A stretch of 12,847 nt of DNA, taken from NCBI GenBank assembly GCA_029564175.1, contig JAKQQL010000354.1, forward strand, positions 1 to 12,847. The letters run 5' to 3'. The DNA is from Candidatus Cloacimonadota bacterium. Lineage in GTDB: Bacteria > Cloacimonadota > Cloacimonadia > Cloacimonadales > WRIO01. The notes below the pieces were generated by a model. That model saw only the letters and a program-made list of their open reading frames with translations, had not been told where the DNA came from and did not search any database. This document shows positions 9,401 through 12,847 of this stretch, one piece after another. A program made the position numbers and the translations under genes. How positions within the stretch are numbered: position 1 is the first letter of the stretch; every line of letters begins with the position of its first letter.

Positions 9401-11051
9401 ATTCTTTAAAATGATGGAGTCCGTCAACAGCTGATTTGAAATTGCTTTCGTCAAAATTATTCTGAGATTCTATTCTGAATATCAAATCATTCAGATGCTC
9501 ATTAAAGTCACTAAGAGATTTTCCATACATGCCCGAATAAATTAATGCATAGTCTTTAAACTGGACAAAACGACTATATTTTTCATTCCGATGTACATAG
9601 AAAAATGCAGATAAGGAAAGTGTGAAGGCGATCAGAAAAATCACGATTGTTTCTGAATAGCGCAATAGATTGTTCTTATAAGACCATTTATGACGTTTTA
9701 TGCGGGTGAGTAAAAGTCCAAAAATCATGATAATAATTATTAAATAAGTTAGCATGATAGAACCGAACCTTAAAGATGAAAGCCTGCTCTGCCAGTTACT
9801 GATGTCAATATCCATTCCTAAGACTGCAACAGTTTTCTGAGTTTTTTGATTTTCAATCGGTATAAAGGCTGAAATATATTGTCCCCACTGATCTTCATAT
9901 GGTCCGAAAATGACTTTTTCCTGAGAATCGTAAATATCAAAAACAATATCAGGGCATTCTTCGTATATGTTACCAGGTAACTGGAAAATTTCCTCTGTCT
10001 CCATGACATTTTCAACAGAGAATTTTATCTTGTCTCCCTCTTTTATCATCAGGTACAGAAATTTTTGATCAGGGTTGAGTTTACCGCATAGAAGCAGGAG
10101 ATTTCTGATTCTTTGGAAAAGGGGATTTTTCCAGTCTTCCTTAGTGTTTTTAAAACTTTCCACGTAGGAAACATCAATTTTGGAGGATATAGATTCGGCT
10201 CGTTTTAGCAGATCTCTTTTAAATAACTCATCTGATTTGGTCTCATTGTAGTTAGTAAAGATAAATCCGAGAAACGTAAAAATTAAAAGGATGAGTGGCA
10301 TATACTTAATATTAATCACATCAAAATCAATATGTTTATGATCTTTTCTGACAAAGCCTCTCCTTGTCTCAAAAACATGAAGAATAGTAAATGAAAATAT
10401 GGAGATTAACAGAAAAGCAAAATTTGTAAAAAAGATATAGACTGGGGGGTATTTGATATTATGAAGATTTATGGATAACCATGAATAGAATAGTAAAATT
10501 ACTGAAAATAAATTGGTAAAATAATAGTAGCGGCGATATTCTCCCAGTTTTTTTCTGTGTTTTAATATGATTTGAGCTATCAGTAAAATATAACTGAATA
10601 CAATAAGTATGACTGATATTAGTTTAATGGCAAAGATTAACTTCATCAAGTATAAGAGGATAAAAAACGCGAATACTGCGGAATAATAAAGGATTTTACC
10701 ATATTTTAATGGCAATTTACGCCGAATAAAAATATGAATTAGGTATCTGTACACTTTTGTTTTGTACAAACGGACAGGCATGACTCTGGATCCAATCAGC
10801 AAAATGATATTGGATATGGCAAAAATAGTAGATAAATTAACCAACATATCTACTGCATTGTGATCAAAATACGAGTATTTGATCAGTTTGAAAAAATGGT
10901 GAGCAGACTGAAAAATAATAAAACGATTTAAATACTGCCACTCAATTGTTCGCTTTTCCATTTTAAAATTAAGCCGTTTTATGTAGATAAACAGATAGAC
11001 TACTGAACACAAGAAATACACATAATCAGTTTGTCTGATGAGAAAATCCAT
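6405..11051 (-). CDS. Multi-sensor hybrid histidine kinase (multi-TM, Cache-like, CHASE-like, PAS, HisKA, HATPase, REC, REC, Hpt)
   Basis: SHEIRTPMNG (H924); NFLSNAIKFT, DSGIGI, GGTGLGL; REC1 LILMDYMMP (D1203); REC2 LILMDIHMP (D1342); Hpt VHKLKG (H1486); extracytoplasmic domain with GPYEDQWG...VLGMDI; RBS AAGGGG. Confidence 0.95.
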   Translation of the reverse strand: MDFLIRQTDYVYFLCSVVYLFIYIKRLNFKMEKRTIEWQYLNRFIIFQSAHHFFKLIKYSYFDHNAVDMLVNLSTIFAISNIILLIGSRVMPVRLYKTKVYRYLIHIFIRRKLPLKYGKILYYSAVFAFFILLYLMKLIFAIKLISVILIVFSYILLIAQIILKHRKKLGEYRRYYYFTNLFSVILLFYSWLSINLHNIKYPPVYIFFTNFAFLLISIFSFTILHVFETRRGFVRKDHKHIDFDVINIKYMPLILLIFTFLGFIFTNYNETKSDELFKRDLLKRAESISSKIDVSYVESFKNTKEDWKNPLFQRIRNLLLLCGKLNPDQKFLYLMIKEGDKIKFSVENVMETEEIFQLPGNIYEECPDIVFDIYDSQEKVIFGPYEDQWGQYISAFIPIENQKTQKTVAVLGMDIDISNWQSRLSSLRFGSIMLTYLIIIIMIFGLLLTRIKRHKWSYKNNLLRYSETIVIFLIAFTLSLSAFFYVHRNEKYSRFVQFKDYALIYSGMYGKSLSDFNEHLNDLIFRIESQNNFDESNFKSAVDGLHHFKESIQSVYWVPNDKKNEKYYIRDLYKTSNNNIYKNMPLNEFPILNQTINETNKTGLITASQPFSSFYSTKNWANYLIVSPFKNKNKTTTDYLAMELDLHAHIQHFNSEVKSNNYFVKCKLVDLDFKGNQLVGHINYSAEDIIFPNINNMDIYQRQLMWIEPIFFNGRTIAMVTKPSEEFYKFYKVNLPWLFLILSLVLTSLLTMLFYYLQNANQKSEDLVNIRTLELKEKQDELTILLDNIDTLIGYLKTDETIGMVNKVLADFLGYEKKDIENLAISKVLLPEILEIIREKIIEVKDTLKPVRFEIKLDNKDKQLRNLEVSLIPKMDEYNQIEFLICSANDVTERSIYESELIKAKDNAEMANKAKSQFLAMMSHEIRTPMNGIVGLTDLVLTTRLTQIQRSYLSQIQQSTFNLLNIINDILDFSKIEAGKLTLIHEPFNLRQIIQNSIRLISHKVNEKHLDLFCRISNDIPQMIISDPLRVNQILINFLSNAIKFTDKGEIIFTAILKEENLIQISVKDSGIGIAPDMQEKIFESFTQADISTTRKYGGTGLGLSIARQLSDLLKGEITFNSVVGEGSEFIFTFPFERLINDTDVRPVIDKVSKILIVDDNSTNTIILEEILKYWNIQSAVAKDAFQALSLLENENFDLILMDYMMPKMNGIDAVKTINEKFPGKSLFVIMLTSNDMDEVRLNAQEIGVRKFLTKPVLMDDLYELLNNISQHSIDIQFVEDTMPEESSYDSKVILVAEDDSINMTVITTILDDMGFKCLEAINGEEAVRLFNEYDADLILMDIHMPVMDGIEATRIIKSAKGKRIPPIIALTADILVTDSTNNYSKLFDSILSKPYRIDQIDALLSQFFNKQEVRVKPVSQPEVKKRNDLADILFDEEEFIKLIGGDKDFASELIAQYIKNSEDYLMTIEKYINEEDYKNLDEIVHKLKGLNGNVRANRLFKVTEQLNFSVKNRESKEDLLTLYEIMFIVFEETKKQMLLFLRDYITT

Positions 11052-11077
11052 AACATCCCCTTATGCTTATTTAAGCT

Positions 11078-11106
11078 ATAATACTATTTTAAGCATCATG
11101 TGTCAA
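11078..11106 (-). promoter_or_regulatory. sigma70-type promoter of the kinase-cyclase-peptidase operon
   Basis: Minus strand TTGACA (11106-11101), 17-nt spacer, TATTAT (11083-11078). Confidence 0.75.
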
Positions 11107-11267
11107 TCTATATTTTTAAAAATATGTTTTTTTTAAAGATTTTCCCAAAATTATAATGAAAATACCTGGATAAGTAAAAATGATCACACAAAACAGGACT
11201 GGAAATTTTAGTATTTATTCTCTAAACAAGGCTTGAATCTTTTTTTGTATTTATTGAAAAAAATCTT

Positions 11268-11296
11268 TTGACAAATTTCAAAATAAACGCTATCAT
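11268..11296 (+). promoter_or_regulatory. sigma70-type promoter of the solute-binding protein gene
   Basis: TTGACA (11268-11273), 17-nt spacer, TATCAT (11291-11296); GGAGG RBS at 11311-11315. Confidence 0.75.
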
Positions 11297-11320
11297 TTAT
11301 ACAATAAAAGGGAGGGAAAA

Positions 11321-12076
11321 ATGAAGTGTCTTATGATGTCTCTGTTACTGATGATTGCAATGTTTTGTTATGCACAGTCAGCAGCGGTTCAGAAATTGAT
11401 TATTGTGCGGGATAATGTAGATTATCCGCCATTGGAGTATCATGAAAATGGTAAGCTTACAGGTTTTCATGTCGAATTAGTAAATGTTATTGCAAAGAAA
11501 CTTAATATGACTGTTGAATGGCAGGAATATCCATGGAAAAGAGCTTTGCATACGGTTGAAACTGGCCATGCGGATGCAATTACTTACATCAGTAAAACAG
11601 AAGAAAGAGAGAAATGGGCTTATTTCAACCCTAAAAATATCCTTTCATCAGCAACTTTTTCATTCTTAATTCGAAAAGATTCAAAGAAAGACATTGTTTA
11701 CCAAAATAATCTAGAAGAACTCCTGAAAAACAGGACTTTGCTCATTATTACAGGTTTTGCTTTGCCAGAAAAAGTAACTCAGTTAAAACCGAAAATCTAT
11801 GAAGCGCCACAAATGAACAATCTTGTTAATATGTTGTGTAATAAAAGATATGATCTGGCATTGATCAATAAAAGTGATTATGTTACTGCTTATCAAAATA
11901 CAAAAACTGAAAAGGATCTATCCATTTTGGAACCTCCAGTTCATGAATTTTCAAATTATATTGCCTTCTCAAAAGCAAAGAAGATTGAAGATTTGTCGAA
12001 CAAGTTTTCAGAAGAGCTTGCTAAATTTAAAAAAACAAAGGAGTATACTGATTTAAAGAAGAAATATAATCAATAG
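11321..12076 (+). CDS. Family 3 (polar amino acid-type) periplasmic solute-binding protein, orphan
   Basis: 251 aa; signal peptide; motifs DYPPLEY, GKLTGFHVELV, YPWKRAL, KTEEREKW, YIAFSK. Confidence 0.9.
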   Translation: MKCLMMSLLLMIAMFCYAQSAAVQKLIIVRDNVDYPPLEYHENGKLTGFHVELVNVIAKKLNMTVEWQEYPWKRALHTVETGHADAITYISKTEEREKWAYFNPKNILSSATFSFLIRKDSKKDIVYQNNLEELLKNRTLLIITGFALPEKVTQLKPKIYEAPQMNNLVNMLCNKRYDLALINKSDYVTAYQNTKTEKDLSILEPPVHEFSNYIAFSKAKKIEDLSNKFSEELAKFKKTKEYTDLKKKYNQ

Positions 12077-12102
12077 TGATATTCTATTATCATGATGAAG
12101 AT

Positions 12103-12143
12103 AGGAGGGTGTTTGTTTTTTATTACACCCTCCTTGTCTCTTT
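12103..12143 (+). terminator. Probable terminator after the solute-binding protein gene
   Basis: Perfect 10-bp stem AGGAGGGTGT (12103-12112) / ACACCCTCCT (12125-12134), 12-nt loop, followed by TGTCTCTTT. Confidence 0.65.
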
Positions 12144-12347
12144 AAGACTAAAATGTTTTTTAATTGGTTTTAAAAACAAAGGGTTTTTCAAAAAGTACGC
12201 AGAAATAAATGAGAAATTTAACCTGGACAATATGAGCAACGATGACACTTTTATTGATCAACCACGGAAAATCTGCTTCGCAGAATGTATAATGAACAAT
12301 GTAAAATGAATAATGAAACAAATAGGGATGATCATTGACAAACACAG

Positions 12348-12436
12348 AATACTCCGGAGGAGTTAAATATGAGTAGCGCAGGGTTTTAACCCTGGGGAAA
12401 GAATTCACACCCATTCGCCGCTCCGTAGGTGCGGAA
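12348..12436 (+). repeat. Three-hairpin REP-like element, copy 1 (89 nt)
   Basis: ACTCC-GGA-GGAGT; GTAG followed by c[G]CAGGGTT-TT-AACCCTG[G]g; CCGC[T]CC-GTA-GG[T]GCGG; first 23 nt and last 19 nt identical to copy 2. Confidence 0.85.
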
Positions 12437-12570
12437 CAATACTATAAAATAATTTCAGCACCACTCAAAGCTACCAAAAACCTGACAATCTGAACCTGAG
12501 AGCAATCCCCTATAAGACTCCTTGCATTTAAAAATAAGCTACAAAACAATAATGCAGGAAGCTTATCAGA

Positions 12571-12599
12571 GAGATCCTTCGCTAGCGCTCAGGATGACA
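12571..12599 (-). repeat. TGTC/CGTC-tagged palindromic repeat, single unit
   Basis: Minus strand TGTC-ATCCTGAGCGCTAGCGAAGGAT-CTC: ATCCT/AGGAT stem preceded by a TGTC tag, the layout of CGTC-tagged prokaryotic repeats. Confidence 0.65.
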
Positions 12600-12682
12600 G
12601 ATTGTCGTGCTTGACAGGTGTGCCTGAGGTTTTTATATGATCGTTAAAAAGGGTCCAGATGGAACTGATAAACAATTTTAAT

Positions 12683-12710
12683 ACCACAAAGAGCACTAAT
12701 ATCACAAAGG
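12683..12710 (+). repeat. Short 9-nt periodic CAC triplet repeat
   Basis: CACAAAGAG CACTAATAT CACAAAG with CAC at 12685, 12694 and 12703. Confidence 0.45.
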
Positions 12711-12716
12711 GTTAAC

Positions 12717-12806
12717 AATACTCCGGAGGAGTTAAATATCAATAGCCCATGGTTTTAACCATGTGGTATGAGAATCCACCACCACCACCGCTCCGTAGGT
12801 GCGGAA
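12717..12806 (+). repeat. Three-hairpin REP-like element, copy 2 (90 nt)
   Basis: Same layout as copy 1, 369 nt downstream; middle hairpin is ATAG followed by c[C]CATGGTT-TT-AACCATG[T]g. Confidence 0.85.
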
Positions 12807-12808
12807 TT

Positions 12809-12834
12809 GTAGGAACATCTATCCTTAGTTGTTC
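12809..12834 (+). repeat. GTAG-tagged REP-like hairpin of a second family
   Basis: GTAG (12809-12812) then GAACA[T]CTA-TCCT-TAG[T]TGTTC: 8 bp with one T-T mismatch. Confidence 0.55.
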
Positions 12835-12847
12835 TAAATAATCAACT

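Noticed and set aside
3098..10015. Nested ORFs 3098-3280, 3815-3997, 7555-7791 and 9818-10015
   Set aside because: Short alternate-frame or antisense ORFs fully within strong genes
11173..11188. CRP-like site AGTAA-N6-TCACA between the divergent promoters
   Set aside because: 8/10 match in very AT-rich DNA, more than 100 bp from either predicted start site; likely chance
11874..12414. ORFs 11874-12056, 12076-12309 and 12160-12414
   Set aside because: One is nested in the binding-protein gene, one runs through the terminator hairpin and one starts inside the repeat; no RBS or motif support
12348..12436. Integron attC site (GTTAAAT fits GTTRRRY)
   Set aside because: No RYYYAAC...GTTRRRY pair in the correct order enclosing one long hairpin, and no ORF between copies
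12519..12559. Imperfect inverted repeat TCCTTGCATT / AATGCAGGA
   Set aside because: Bulged short stem with a 22-nt loop; within chance expectation
12611..12641. Promoter TTGACA...TATGAT upstream of repeat copy 2
   Set aside because: 19-nt spacer, and the TTGACA is explained by the TGTC/GACA tags; cannot be supported without transcript data
12348..12806. CRISPR array interpretation of the direct repeats
   Set aside because: Only two units of ~90 nt separated by 280 nt, and no cas genes in the window

Overview
AT-rich bacterial window, probably from an FCB-group lineage such as Cloacimonadota (inferred only from the style of the C-terminal sorting domain). It contains: (i) the first five codons of a leftward gene with its RBS and promoter; (ii) a 907-aa protein with an Asp-box, internally repeated A-B-B-A domains and a C-terminal FlgD-Ig/T9SS type A-like sorting domain, but no signal peptide; (iii) a leftward three-gene signalling operon with a clean sigma70 promoter and a bidirectional terminator, encoding a 1548-aa hybrid histidine kinase, a CHASE2 class III adenylate cyclase and a secreted SH3b-M48 metallopeptidase fusion; (iv) a divergent orphan family-3 solute-binding protein; and (v) a non-coding ~500-bp mosaic of short structured repeats. 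The mosaic holds two copies of an 89-90 nt three-hairpin element with a compensatory base change and C(GNA)G triloops, a TGTC-tagged palindrome, a second GTAG-tagged REP-like hairpin and short periodic CAC repeats. The best leads are the CHASE2 cyclase/SH3-M48 module and the repeat mosaic.
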